Shown here piece after piece: positions 1-8,949 of a stretch of DNA of 64,000 nucleotides. The translations under genes were made by a program, and so were the position numbers. This stretch comes from Holophagales bacterium (GTDB lineage: Bacteria > Acidobacteriota > Holophagae > Holophagales > Holophagaceae). A model generated the notes under the pieces. The model was not told the DNA's origin. It saw only the letters and a program-made list of their open reading frames with translations, and did not search any database. The DNA is taken from positions 24,887 through 88,886 of the forward strand of contig JBBQHW010000001.1 in NCBI GenBank assembly GCA_038324335.1, written 5' to 3'. How positions within the stretch are numbered: position 1 is the stretch's first letter; each line of letters starts with the position of its first letter.

Positions 1-531
1 TACGAGCGGGTCTACGGCTTCGGCGTCACCCGGGAATTCCACATCCGCGGCGCCCTGGGCACCGGGCTGGATTCCAAGGTCGTGCAGAGCGCCAACAACC
101 AGGTGATCATCCCCATCAACCAGCCCACGGACGAAAAGAGCCAGGTGCAGGAATACGTGAACCGCCACCGGGGCCAGGGCGTGCAGCACATCGCCGTTTC
201 CACCAACGACATCTTCCACACCCTGCGCACGCTCCAGGCCCAGGGCTTCCGGTTCCTGCGGGTCCCCGACACCTACTTCGAGCTGCTGCCCGGGCGCGTG
301 GCCCGGGATGGCTATGCCGTGCGCGAAGACCTCGCCACGGTCCAGGAACTGGGCGTCCAGATCGATGGCGACGCCAGTGGCTACCTCCTGCAGATCTTCA
401 CCGAGGATCAGATCGGGCCGCTCTTCTTCGAGATCATCCAGCGGCGGGGGAATATGGGTTTTGGCGAGGGCAATTTTCAGGCGCTGTACGACTCGATCGA
501 ACTCGACCAGAAGAAGCGCGGCGTTCTTTAG
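1..531 (+). CDS. hppD: 4-hydroxyphenylpyruvate dioxygenase, C-terminal part (5' truncated by window edge)
   Basis: Frame open from base 1; motifs GVQHIA, GYLLQIFT, FFEIIQRRG..GFGEGNFQAL..SIE. Confidence 0.92.
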   Translation, partial: YERVYGFGVTREFHIRGALGTGLDSKVVQSANNQVIIPINQPTDEKSQVQEYVNRHRGQGVQHIAVSTNDIFHTLRTLQAQGFRFLRVPDTYFELLPGRVARDGYAVREDLATVQELGVQIDGDASGYLLQIFTEDQIGPLFFEIIQRRGNMGFGEGNFQALYDSIELDQKKRGVL

Positions 532-1976
532 CCAGATGGATTCCGCGGCAACTTGCCGAGCGCCGTCTGGATCGCCCCGCGCCTAGCTGGGTCCGGCACT
601 TCGCCGCAGACTTCCTCGATGAAGGCTTCCCAGGAGGAATGCTTCTTGGCCACGCGGCCCACCAGGACCCGGGCGAGGGGTCCGATCTCCTGGGCCAGGA
701 TCCGTTCGGCGGCCGGTAGTCGGGGGTCGCTGTTGAGGGGGTTGCTCCCAGAGGGGCCAGGAAGCCTCGTGGCCAACTGGGACGTGGCCGAGGAAGCGGA
801 AGGTCTGGACGGCGTGGAGGGAGGCCCTCCCGAGGCCAGGAAGGCCGCCCGGTCCCGTTCCTCTGGAATCTCCGGGGCGAGGCGTTTTCTGAGCTCGGTG
901 GCGTCCTGGGTCTGCTGTGCGGCGCGGCGCACGAGAACGCGGGCCACGGGTCCCACCAGGGGCATCAACTCATTCTCGAGCCGCTTGAGCAGGGCGGGAT
1001 CCCAGCCCGGAATGGGCGTGGTGTTGCCCGTGGACGCAGCCGTCCGGGCCGACCCGCCAGGCGGTGTGCGGGAGGCGGCGGAGGGGGCCGTGAGCGCGCC
1101 CGGGAGGGCGGAATGGATCGAAGGCATGGCCACGAAGGCGGGGTTGGCGGTGAGGTCGAAGGCGAAGGCGAGGGCGTTGGGGGTGCGATCCTCCCGCCGG
1201 CGGATGAGGGCCTTCGCCAGGGCGGTGGAGAAACGGGTGGACAGGTTGGGCGCAAAAGTCCGCGCGTCCGGCACATCCTCATTCAGGTGCCGGGACATGA
1301 TCACCGCCGCCGAGGCCTCGGGAAACGGGAAGTGGCCGGTGGTGAGGTGGTAGAGGGTCGCGGCCAGGGCATAGATGTCGGCCCGCCCGTCGATGTCGCG
1401 CTTGGCCTCGATCTGCTCCGGCGGCATGTAGTGGGGCGTGCCGGCCGAGAAGCCGGTGGTGGTCCGCGACCCGTCGTCATCGTTCATCCGGGCCAGGCCC
1501 AGGTCGACGATCTTGACGATGCCGAGGGAGGTGAGCATGAGGTTCTCGGGCTTGAGATCCCGGTGCACGAGGCCGGCCTCGTGGGCCACGTGGAGGGCCG
1601 CGCAGACCTGGGCGCCGATGTTCATCGCCTCCGCCTCGCCGAAGGGGCCCCGTTCCCGGAGGATGGCCCCCAGGGTGCGGCCCTCCACGAATTCCATGGC
1701 GAGATACAGGCGTCCCGCCACTTCGCCGAAGTCGTACACCTGGACGATGTTCGGGTGGTTGATCCGCGCCGCCGCCCGCGCCTCCTTCAGGAAGCGCTCG
1801 GCGAAGTAGGTGTCATCGGCAATCTGGGGCGCGAGGACCTTGAGGGCCACGTCGCGCTGGAGCGTGGTGTGCCGGGCGCGCAGCACTCGCCCCATGCCCC
1901 CCTGGCCGATATCGGCGACCACCTGGTAGGGACCGAAGGCCGCGCCGGGCCGCAGGTCCTCGAGCCCCTGGCTCAC
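528..1976 (-). CDS. Hanks-type Ser/Thr protein kinase with duplicated C-terminal helical module
   Basis: GQGGMG, VALK, HRDLKPEN, DLGLA, GTPHYMPPE, DIYAL; no TM helix; two copies of ..GP(V/L)ARVLV.R.A.. Confidence 0.92.
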   Translation of the reverse strand: MSQGLEDLRPGAAFGPYQVVADIGQGGMGRVLRARHTTLQRDVALKVLAPQIADDTYFAERFLKEARAAARINHPNIVQVYDFGEVAGRLYLAMEFVEGRTLGAILRERGPFGEAEAMNIGAQVCAALHVAHEAGLVHRDLKPENLMLTSLGIVKIVDLGLARMNDDDGSRTTTGFSAGTPHYMPPEQIEAKRDIDGRADIYALAATLYHLTTGHFPFPEASAAVIMSRHLNEDVPDARTFAPNLSTRFSTALAKALIRRREDRTPNALAFAFDLTANPAFVAMPSIHSALPGALTAPSAASRTPPGGSARTAASTGNTTPIPGWDPALLKRLENELMPLVGPVARVLVRRAAQQTQDATELRKRLAPEIPEERDRAAFLASGGPPSTPSRPSASSATSQLATRLPGPSGSNPLNSDPRLPAAERILAQEIGPLARVLVGRVAKKHSSWEAFIEEVCGEVPDPARRGAIQTALGKLPRNPSG

Positions 1977-2848
1977 GTCTCGTCGAGAATGGACATGGCC
2001 CGCCTCAGACTGATCCGCATCCGCCCGAAGGAGGCGGACAGCTGCGCCACCTCATCCTTGCCCTGGATGACCACTTCGGGGGCGTCGAAGTTGCCGAGGC
2101 TGACCTGATCCGCCATGGCTGACAGGCGGCGGAGGGGCCGGATGACCGTCAATCGCAGCAAGAGATTCGTGACTGCCAGGGTGACCAGAAACCCGCTCAC
2201 AAGCCACAGCGCCACCCGCCGGAAGGCCTCGTCGGCCCGGCGCAGGGGGACGGCCATGGGCACCGAGACCAACTGGGCGCCGATCACCTCATTCAACTTC
2301 CAACCGAAGCCGTTGGAGGGACCGTACTTCTTGATGAGGCTCGCGGGGGCGGTGGCGGCGGTGTCATGGCAGGCCAGACAGTTGCCGTCGGTAATCCGGA
2401 TCGGGTGGCCCAGGAAGAGGGAACGGCCCTGGGGCGTGTCCCGCTCGCCCAGGATCTCGGTTCGCTGCGGGTTGCCCCGGAAGGCCTCGACGATGTCCGC
2501 TTCCCATTCCAGGGTCCGGTTCCGGGGGTTCGTGGGATTGAGGGTGGCTTCCTTGTAGTTGTATTCGGCGTTGGATTCCCGGAGCGCGGTGAAGACCTCG
2601 GTGGCCGAGTAGGCGGGGACCGACTGGGGCAGGAACTCCTCCGCCAGCCGGTCGGCGATGAGGGGTTTCACCTGCTTGATGGTGTAGCCGCGAACTGCCG
2701 CCGCCGTCTCCATCATCAGGCGGGCCTTGTCCAGGGCCTGATCCCGGGCGTTGGACCGGAGCAGCTCCCGGGTCAGCCATGCGGTGGGCAGGAATCCGGC
2801 GATGAAGACGGAAATCAGGATCAGATTCAGCTTCGCCAACAGACGCAT
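1973..2848 (-). CDS. DUF3365-like heme c sensor membrane protein with C-terminal HAMP domain
   Basis: N-terminal TM, LNPTNPRN, CLACH heme motif, second TM, HAMP (IRPLRRLSAMADQVSLG..DEVAQLSASFGRM); overlaps kinase start by 4 nt. Confidence 0.82.
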   Translation of the reverse strand: MRLLAKLNLILISVFIAGFLPTAWLTRELLRSNARDQALDKARLMMETAAAVRGYTIKQVKPLIADRLAEEFLPQSVPAYSATEVFTALRESNAEYNYKEATLNPTNPRNRTLEWEADIVEAFRGNPQRTEILGERDTPQGRSLFLGHPIRITDGNCLACHDTAATAPASLIKKYGPSNGFGWKLNEVIGAQLVSVPMAVPLRRADEAFRRVALWLVSGFLVTLAVTNLLLRLTVIRPLRRLSAMADQVSLGNFDAPEVVIQGKDEVAQLSASFGRMRISLRRAMSILDET

Positions 2849-2927
2849 GAATCCTCCCGATGACTGGTCTGATATGAGGGGAGATTGTATCTGATTCTCA
2901 AGTCCAGCCCTGAATTTCCGACAGCGC

Positions 2928-3641
2928 TCAGCGGTGGTGCTGGAAATGCTTCACCAAAGCCTCGCCATAGGCCTTCAGGCTGGCCTGCCTGATGTGGGCC
3001 ACGCTGCGGGACCCTTCGGGCAGCGGTAGCAGGAAGGGCCGCAGATCCAGAATGGGGGTGACTCGGCCGAAGGGGCCACCGGAGCTGGAGCGGGCCACCA
3101 CCTCGTCGCCGAACCTGGGGCGGCGTTCGAACACCTCCCACTCGGCGATGAAGCCCCAGGGTAGATAGCCCAGCTTCTGCAGCAGGGCCTGATTGTTCCG
3201 GTACCAGATGGGGCCGTAGCCGAGTCCCAGGAGGCCCCCGACGCCGGTGGCGATGGCCGCAGAACGGAAGGTGGCCCAGGTGGTGTATCCCAAAGCTGGC
3301 ACAACCGCCCCAAAGAGGGCGCCATAGACCACAGAAAGCATCGTCGTCTTGCCGAGGCTCCGCTCGATGTAAGGATTGGGAGCGCCTCTCAGGGTGAGCC
3401 GAAATACCTGCTGAGGGCCTGGGGCCGCCTCGAGAGGCTCGACAGGCACACCGAAACCGACCGAGAGCTGTTCCAGCAGGGCCTTCTCTTCCGCCGGTGT
3501 CATCCCCTCGATGGATTGCACCAGTTCCACCCTTTGCACTGGCCGTTGCCGCAGGGCCGTCTCTGGGCGTTTGCAGCCGATCCCCAGCGCAAAGAACAGG
3601 CAGAGGGCCGTTGGCAGGGCTCGACTGAAAGAAAGGCGCAT
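2928..3641 (-). CDS. Hypothetical membrane/lipoprotein
   Basis: Signal peptide ending LGIGC, Gly-rich hydrophobic segments; start taken at ATG 3641. Confidence 0.6.
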   Translation of the reverse strand: MRLSFSRALPTALCLFFALGIGCKRPETALRQRPVQRVELVQSIEGMTPAEEKALLEQLSVGFGVPVEPLEAAPGPQQVFRLTLRGAPNPYIERSLGKTTMLSVVYGALFGAVVPALGYTTWATFRSAAIATGVGGLLGLGYGPIWYRNNQALLQKLGYLPWGFIAEWEVFERRPRFGDEVVARSSSGGPFGRVTPILDLRPFLLPLPEGSRSVAHIRQASLKAYGEALVKHFQHHR

Positions 3642-3756
3642 GGGGCATCTCCGAGACAACCCGCAGAGGTTCACGGGGCATGGGCGGCCACCTTCGAGTC
3701 TAACTGTGGTCACCAGCCGCTCCACCAGGGGTTCCGAGTCGCGGTAAAGTTATGCC

Positions 3757-4158
3757 ATGTCCTTCGCCCCTTCCCGCCAGCGCGGCTTCACCCTCCTGGA
3801 ACTGATCACGGTCATGACCATCATTGCCCTGCTGGCCACGGTGGGGCTGGCGGGCTACCGGAGCAAGGTGAAGTCGGCACAGGAGGCGGTGCTCAAGGAG
3901 AACCTCTTCCAGCTGAATCATGCTCTGGAGCAGCACCGGGCGGATCGCGGCAAGTACCCCGCCAGCCTGGGCCCCCTCAAGGAACTGGGCTACCTCCGGG
4001 ACATGCCCTACGACCCCATGACCCAGTCCAGGGATACCTGGCAGACGGAGCTGGAACCACCCGATCCCGACAACCCCGATGCGGAATTGGGCATCTTCAA
4101 GGTCCGCAGCGGCTCCACGGAAAAGGGCAGCAACCAGATCCCTTACAACGAGTGGTGA
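3757..4158 (+). CDS. Type II secretion pseudopilin (GspG-like) / type IV prepilin
   Basis: Prepilin cleavage/methylation motif QRG|FTLLEL, hydrophobic helix, GKYPASL..L...GYL..MPYDP. Confidence 0.85.
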   Translation: MSFAPSRQRGFTLLELITVMTIIALLATVGLAGYRSKVKSAQEAVLKENLFQLNHALEQHRADRGKYPASLGPLKELGYLRDMPYDPMTQSRDTWQTELEPPDPDNPDAELGIFKVRSGSTEKGSNQIPYNEW

Positions 4159-4173
4159 GGACGGGTCTGCGAT

Positions 4174-4201
4174 CCACAGCCCACAACCCACAACCCACAG
4201 C
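4174..4201. repeat. Heptamer tandem repeat CCACA(G/A)C x4
   Basis: ccacagc ccacaac ccacaac ccacagc; reverse complement of the unit at 16696-16765. Confidence 0.9.
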
Positions 4202-4214
4202 CCCCCGAAGGCCC

Positions 4215-4745
4215 ATGAGCCCCAAGACCCTCCATCGCATCGACCAGTTCTCCACCATTCTCCTGTTGTTCTGGGCCGGAGCGGCGCTGGGCTTCGGGAT
4301 TTTCACCGCGCCGGTCCTGTTCCGGGAACTGCCCAGCCGGGATCTGGCCGGCCGCGTCGCCGGCCTCATCATCGGGCGACTGGACTGGGCCGCCTGGATT
4401 GCCTTCGGCCTCGCCGGGCTCAGCTGGGCCGGTCGCTGGGCCTCGGAAGTCCAGGATGAGATCATCGGTCCCATCCGCCTCTGGAGCGGCGGCCTGATGG
4501 TGGCCCTGCTCATGTGCCTGGCCAGCAGCTTTGTCGTGACGCCCAAGATCCACGCCATCCGCGCCCGCATCAACACACCCATCGACAACCTGGTGCCGGA
4601 CCACGCCGAGCGCGTGGCCTACAACAAGGCCCACGGCCTCAGCCGCAATCTGTTCATCCTCCGGATCCTGCTGGCCGTGGGACTGGCCGCCACGGTCAGC
4701 CTGCTGCCCCGCGCGGGCCGCCAGGAACCTGGGATCGAGGGCTGA
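4215..4745 (+). CDS. DUF4149/TMEM205-like membrane protein
   Basis: Four TM helices; APVLFRELPSRDLAG and YNKAHGLS patterns. Confidence 0.7.
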   Translation: MSPKTLHRIDQFSTILLLFWAGAALGFGIFTAPVLFRELPSRDLAGRVAGLIIGRLDWAAWIAFGLAGLSWAGRWASEVQDEIIGPIRLWSGGLMVALLMCLASSFVVTPKIHAIRARINTPIDNLVPDHAERVAYNKAHGLSRNLFILRILLAVGLAATVSLLPRAGRQEPGIEG

Positions 4746-5013
4746 TCCGGCCTCGAAAGCCCCGTCCAAAGGTCCCCCGAACACAGGGCTAGGGGGAGGT
4801 CCACCGGAATCCATGCATTCGAATTGAAGGAAGCCCTGGGCTATTTTGACTGAACGGGGTCCGAAGTCGATGTCGCATGGAGAATCCAAATAATTGATTT
4901 AAAATAAATTAGTTAATGGAATAAAAAATGCTCTGAACGAATGGGAATGGGAAGGGAACGGTTCCCCGGCCCGGACTCCCGACGTGAGCCCCATGACAAC
5001 CTAAGGCGAAACC

Positions 5014-6216
5014 GTGCGCATCCATCAACTCGTCTCTCCCCTCGCCTGCATCCTCCTGGCAGGGGTGGCAGCCTCCCCCTTGTCCGCACAAATCAGCTTC
5101 CAGATCACGGTGGGGCCGCCACCGATTCCCGTGTACGAACAGCCCATCCTGCCCGAGGATGGGTTCATCTGGACGCCCGGCTACTGGAGCTGGGGCGATG
5201 AGGGCTACTACTGGGTGCCCGGCACCTGGGTCCAGGCACCCGAGTTCGGATTGCTCTGGACTCCCGGCTACTGGGGCTGGAATGACGATTACTTCGAGTT
5301 CCACCAAGGCTATTGGGGTACCCACGTGGGGTACTACGGTGGCATCAACTATGGGCACGGCTATGGCGGCAACGGCTATGAAGGCGGTTACTGGCAGGGC
5401 CGGAACTACTACTACAACCGGTCCGTCAACAACGTGAGCAACACCCGGGTCACCAACGTCTACAACAAGACAGTCATTGTCAATAACAACACGTACGTCT
5501 CCTACAACGGAGGCGCTGGCGGAGTGAGATCCGCACCCACTGCCCAGGAACGCGCGGTGGAGAGGGAGCACCACGTGCAGCCCACCGCGGTGCAGGCGCA
5601 GCATCACGAGCTGGCCAGCCAGGACCGGGACCTGCGGGCCTCCGTCAACCGCGGCAAGCCCTCCGTGGCCGCCACCGCGAGACCCACCGATTTTTCCCCC
5701 AGGAGCGCTGTGCCCGCCAAGGCCCCGGGCGGCAAGATCGAGGAATCCACGCTGAAGGCGACCCCGAAGACCCTGCCGCAAGCCCCGAAGGGCCCTGCCC
5801 AGGAAGGGAGGCCCGACAACCGGGCAGCGCACCCGCCCGCCCCGGTGAGTCCACCGGCGCCCGCACCAGCCCCCGCTCCCGACCATCGTCCGGCACCCCC
5901 TCCGGTTCCCCTTCCTGGACATCGTCCGGAACCCGCGCCGCGTCCGGCTCCCGCCCCAATGCCCGCACCGGAGCATCGGCCAACGCCCGCTCCGGCTCCT
6001 GACCGTCGCCCCGAACCTGCTCCGCATCCAACACCCGATCGCCATCCGGAGCCCGCGCCCCATCCCACTCCCGAGCGTCGTCCGGAACCCGCGCCTCATC
6101 CAGCTCCCGAGCGTCGTCCGGAACCCGCGCCCCATCCAGCTCCCGAGCGCCGTCCCGAGCCCCCGCCTCACGGAGGTCGTGAACCCAAGTCAAGGCCTGA
6201 ACCCGCACGGGATTAG
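5014..6216 (+). CDS. Exported YXWGXW-repeat protein with Pro-rich repetitive tail
   Basis: Signal peptide; WTPGYW, WVPGTW, WTPGYW, FHQGYW, YEGGYW; C-terminal RPEPAPHP.P repeats. Confidence 0.85.
   Translation: MRIHQLVSPLACILLAGVAASPLSAQISFQITVGPPPIPVYEQPILPEDGFIWTPGYWSWGDEGYYWVPGTWVQAPEFGLLWTPGYWGWNDDYFEFHQGYWGTHVGYYGGINYGHGYGGNGYEGGYWQGRNYYYNRSVNNVSNTRVTNVYNKTVIVNNNTYVSYNGGAGGVRSAPTAQERAVEREHHVQPTAVQAQHHELASQDRDLRASVNRGKPSVAATARPTDFSPRSAVPAKAPGGKIEESTLKATPKTLPQAPKGPAQEGRPDNRAAHPPAPVSPPAPAPAPAPDHRPAPPPVPLPGHRPEPAPRPAPAPMPAPEHRPTPAPAPDRRPEPAPHPTPDRHPEPAPHPTPERRPEPAPHPAPERRPEPAPHPAPERRPEPPPHGGREPKSRPEPARD
5870..6170 (+). repeat. Intragenic ~36-nt imperfect tandem repeat encoding RRPEPAPHPAPE-like units
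   Basis: Repeated cgtccggaacccgcgcc.catcc units in frame. Confidence 0.8.
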
Positions 6217-6288
6217 GCGCGATCTGTCCTGGCGGCCTGCCGCCTGTGCACCGGATGGTATTTTGTTAACGGCTGGTGCCGCCACCCT

Positions 6289-7476
6289 TCACCGGACTGG
6301 CATCAACTCCGGCAATTCCCAGGCCTCCAAGGTGCGCGGCACCGGAGCGCCCGGGATCAGTTCCCGCAACCAGCTCCGGATGTCCTCCAGGCCATCGCCG
6401 TCTGTGGCGCAGGTCTGCACGGCACCCGGGTGGCGCTTCTTCAGGTCCAGCTTCTGGGGACGGTGGAGGCGATCCACCTGGTTCAACACCAGGAGCCGCG
6501 GCTGGGCCTCGATTCCCTCGGCCTCGCAGCCGATCTCGCGCAGGGTGGCGCCCACCACTTTGAGATGGTCTTCCAGATCCGGATGGGCCGCATCGGCCAC
6601 CACCAGCAGGGCGTCCGCGGTGCGGACCTCGCCCAGGGTGCTGCGGAAGGCGGCCACCAGCTGGTGGGGCAGCTTGCGGATGAAGCCCACCGTGTCGGCC
6701 ACCAGGCACTGCTTGGCTTCCAGGCTGCCGCCCGTCTCGGGATCGAAGGCCTGGCCCAGCCAGGCCTTGCGGGTGGTGGTGTCCAGGGTGGCGAAGAGCA
6801 GATCCCGGGGCTCGCCTTCCCCGGTCAGCGCCTTCAGCAGGCTGGTCTTGCCCGCGTTGGTATAGCCCACCAGGGCCACCCTGGGCAGCCCCCTGGGCCG
6901 TCCCTGGCGCTGGGTCTCCCGCACCTGCTCCAGGTGGGTCAGCTCCCGCTTGAGCTGGCTGATGCGGGTGCGGATCATGCGCCGGTCCACCTCGATCTGG
7001 GTTTCGCCGGGCCCACCGCGCAGGCCCACGCCGCCGCCCTGGCGCTCCAGGTGCGTCCAGGCGCCCTTCAGCCGGGGCAGTTCGTATTCGCAGCGGGCCA
7101 GTTCCACCTGGGCCTTGGCCTCCCGGGTCTGGGCCCGCTGCTGGAAGATGCTGAGGATGAGGCCCGTGCGATCCAGGCAGATGAGGCCCGTGAGCTTCTC
7201 GATGGCGTTCACCTGGCTGCCGCTCAATTCGTCGTCGCAGATGAGGTGGCGCGCCCCCTGCCGCACCGCCTCGGAGGCCAGGGCCTCCAGCTGGCCGGGG
7301 CCGTAGAAGGTCTTGGGGGCGATGAGGGGGCGCTTCAGCACGCGCCGCGTGAGGACCTCAAAACCGCAGCTGCGGGCCAGCTCCGCGAGTTCCAGGAGGT
7401 GGTCCTGAATGGGCTCCTCGCGGTCATGGGGCCCCTGACGGGCGATGAGCAGACAGCGGAGGGGTGTTTCATCCAT
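6289..7476 (-). CDS. hflX: GTPase HflX
   Basis: IFQQRAQTREAKAQVELA, GPGETQIEVDRR, G1 GYTNAGKT, LFATLDTT, DTVGFI; start taken at ATG 7476. Confidence 0.93.
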   Translation of the reverse strand: MDETPLRCLLIARQGPHDREEPIQDHLLELAELARSCGFEVLTRRVLKRPLIAPKTFYGPGQLEALASEAVRQGARHLICDDELSGSQVNAIEKLTGLICLDRTGLILSIFQQRAQTREAKAQVELARCEYELPRLKGAWTHLERQGGGVGLRGGPGETQIEVDRRMIRTRISQLKRELTHLEQVRETQRQGRPRGLPRVALVGYTNAGKTSLLKALTGEGEPRDLLFATLDTTTRKAWLGQAFDPETGGSLEAKQCLVADTVGFIRKLPHQLVAAFRSTLGEVRTADALLVVADAAHPDLEDHLKVVGATLREIGCEAEGIEAQPRLLVLNQVDRLHRPQKLDLKKRHPGAVQTCATDGDGLEDIRSWLRELIPGAPVPRTLEAWELPELMPVR

Positions 7477-7556
7477 ATGGCAAAGCTGCCTACTCTGGGA
7501 GCAATAATCAAGCCCCCGTCCCTGTGGACGATGCAATGTTGTTGGAGAAAGTCTGT

Positions 7557-8924
7557 ATGGCCATGTTCGGGAAGAAAAAATCCCAGTTGTCGGAAGGCTC
7601 CGACCTGGTCCTGGCCTACCTCGAAGAAGTGCAGCGGGTGCGGGGCACCCTCACGCTGCTGGATGCCAACGGGCGGGGCGTGACCGCCACCCTGACCTCC
7701 GTGACCGAGGAGCGGGTCGGCTTGAACCTCCAGGGGTCCCTGTTGGCCGAGAAGGGCGCCGCCGCGAGCCTGGTCTTTATCCTGGATGGCATGCGGTTCA
7801 AGGCCACCACGAAACTGCTGGAACTGAAGCCGGGCTCTGCGGTCGTGGAGCTCCCAGCCTCCCTCAGCCTGGCCGAACGCCGGAAGAAGCCCCGGGCCCG
7901 CCTGAACGCGCGGGAAGGCGCCACCGCCATCGCCCTCACGGGCCTGTTCGACGGCGTGGGCATCAACGGGAGCATCGAGAACATCTCCGAGACCGGGGTC
8001 TGCATCCGAGTGGACAAGGCCATGGAGGTGAAGACCCAAAGGAAGATGCACATGGGCGTGAGCCTCATGCCCGTGGGCCAGCCCCTGATGTTGGTGAAGC
8101 TCTCCAAGCTGCCCAAGTGCCCCACCCTGGAGCTGGAAGGCACCGTAGCCTACCTGGACGCCAGCAGCGGTCTGCTGGTGGGCATTGCCTTCGACACCAG
8201 TAAAGCGTCCCTCCTGGCCCCGGTGCGGTCCCTGGTGGCCAGTCGCACCACGGCGATCCCTACGGCAGTGCCCCCCAAGGCCCGCCGCCAGCCCGAAGTC
8301 GAGCGGGAAGAGGCCGCACCGGTGGAGCGCCCGGCCCCTAAAAAGGAGCCCGAACCGGCCCCCGCGCCCCCTCCCCCGGTGAGCAGCCCGACCCCTGAAC
8401 TGGTGCCGCCTCTCAGCCCGGCAGGGCCAGTCGAGACCGTTGCCGTGTCAGCCCCCGAACCAGCCCCCGAACCAGGCCCCGAACCAGGCCCCGAACCGGT
8501 CGCCCCGACGGATGATCGATCCCAGGCCTTCCTGCGCATGAAGAAACGGACCCGCGTCATCCTCCTGGCCATGCCCCCTGGGCCGAGCCGGGATGCCGTG
8601 GCCGCCTGCCTCACCGAGGATGGCTACGGCCGCGTCCTGTACGCCGACACCCTGACCGGCCTCCTCGAGCACGTGGAGCGGCCCGGCGTCCACCTCATTC
8701 TCGTGGATGATGGCGTGGCCGAACTCAAGGGGCTGGCCCTGGCCTCGCTGCTGCACCACCGCCTGGAGGACGAGATGCCACCGGTCATCCTGGCCGAGAC
8801 CTCGGTGGATGCCGAACTCGTCCTGGGTGCCCGAGAGACAGGTGTGGCTCAGATCCTGGTCAAGCCCTACGACCTGGACCGTGACTTCCGGCGCATGCTG
8901 GAGGCGCACTTGGGCATTGCGTAG
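7557..8924 (+). CDS. PilZ-domain protein with Pro-rich linker and C-terminal atypical receiver domain
   Basis: RRKKPR (RxxxR) and NISETG (D/NxSxxG); C-terminal LILVDD...LVKPY; RBS GGAG before ATG 7557. Confidence 0.75.
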   Translation: MAMFGKKKSQLSEGSDLVLAYLEEVQRVRGTLTLLDANGRGVTATLTSVTEERVGLNLQGSLLAEKGAAASLVFILDGMRFKATTKLLELKPGSAVVELPASLSLAERRKKPRARLNAREGATAIALTGLFDGVGINGSIENISETGVCIRVDKAMEVKTQRKMHMGVSLMPVGQPLMLVKLSKLPKCPTLELEGTVAYLDASSGLLVGIAFDTSKASLLAPVRSLVASRTTAIPTAVPPKARRQPEVEREEAAPVERPAPKKEPEPAPAPPPPVSSPTPELVPPLSPAGPVETVAVSAPEPAPEPGPEPGPEPVAPTDDRSQAFLRMKKRTRVILLAMPPGPSRDAVAACLTEDGYGRVLYADTLTGLLEHVERPGVHLILVDDGVAELKGLALASLLHHRLEDEMPPVILAETSVDAELVLGARETGVAQILVKPYDLDRDFRRMLEAHLGIA

Positions 8925-8949
8925 CGGGCTCTCCGGCTAACCTGATGCC

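Noticed and set aside
4894-4907. FNR-like TTGAT-N4-AATAA
   Set aside because: Second half-site is poor and the match is expected by chance in an AT-rich patch
5870-6170. ~36-nt periodic repeats as a possible CRISPR array
   Set aside because: No unique spacers, in-frame with synonymous variation inside a Pro-rich CDS, and no cas genes
8454-8497. 12-nt tandem repeat (PEPG units)
   Set aside because: Ordinary low-complexity linker within the PilZ protein
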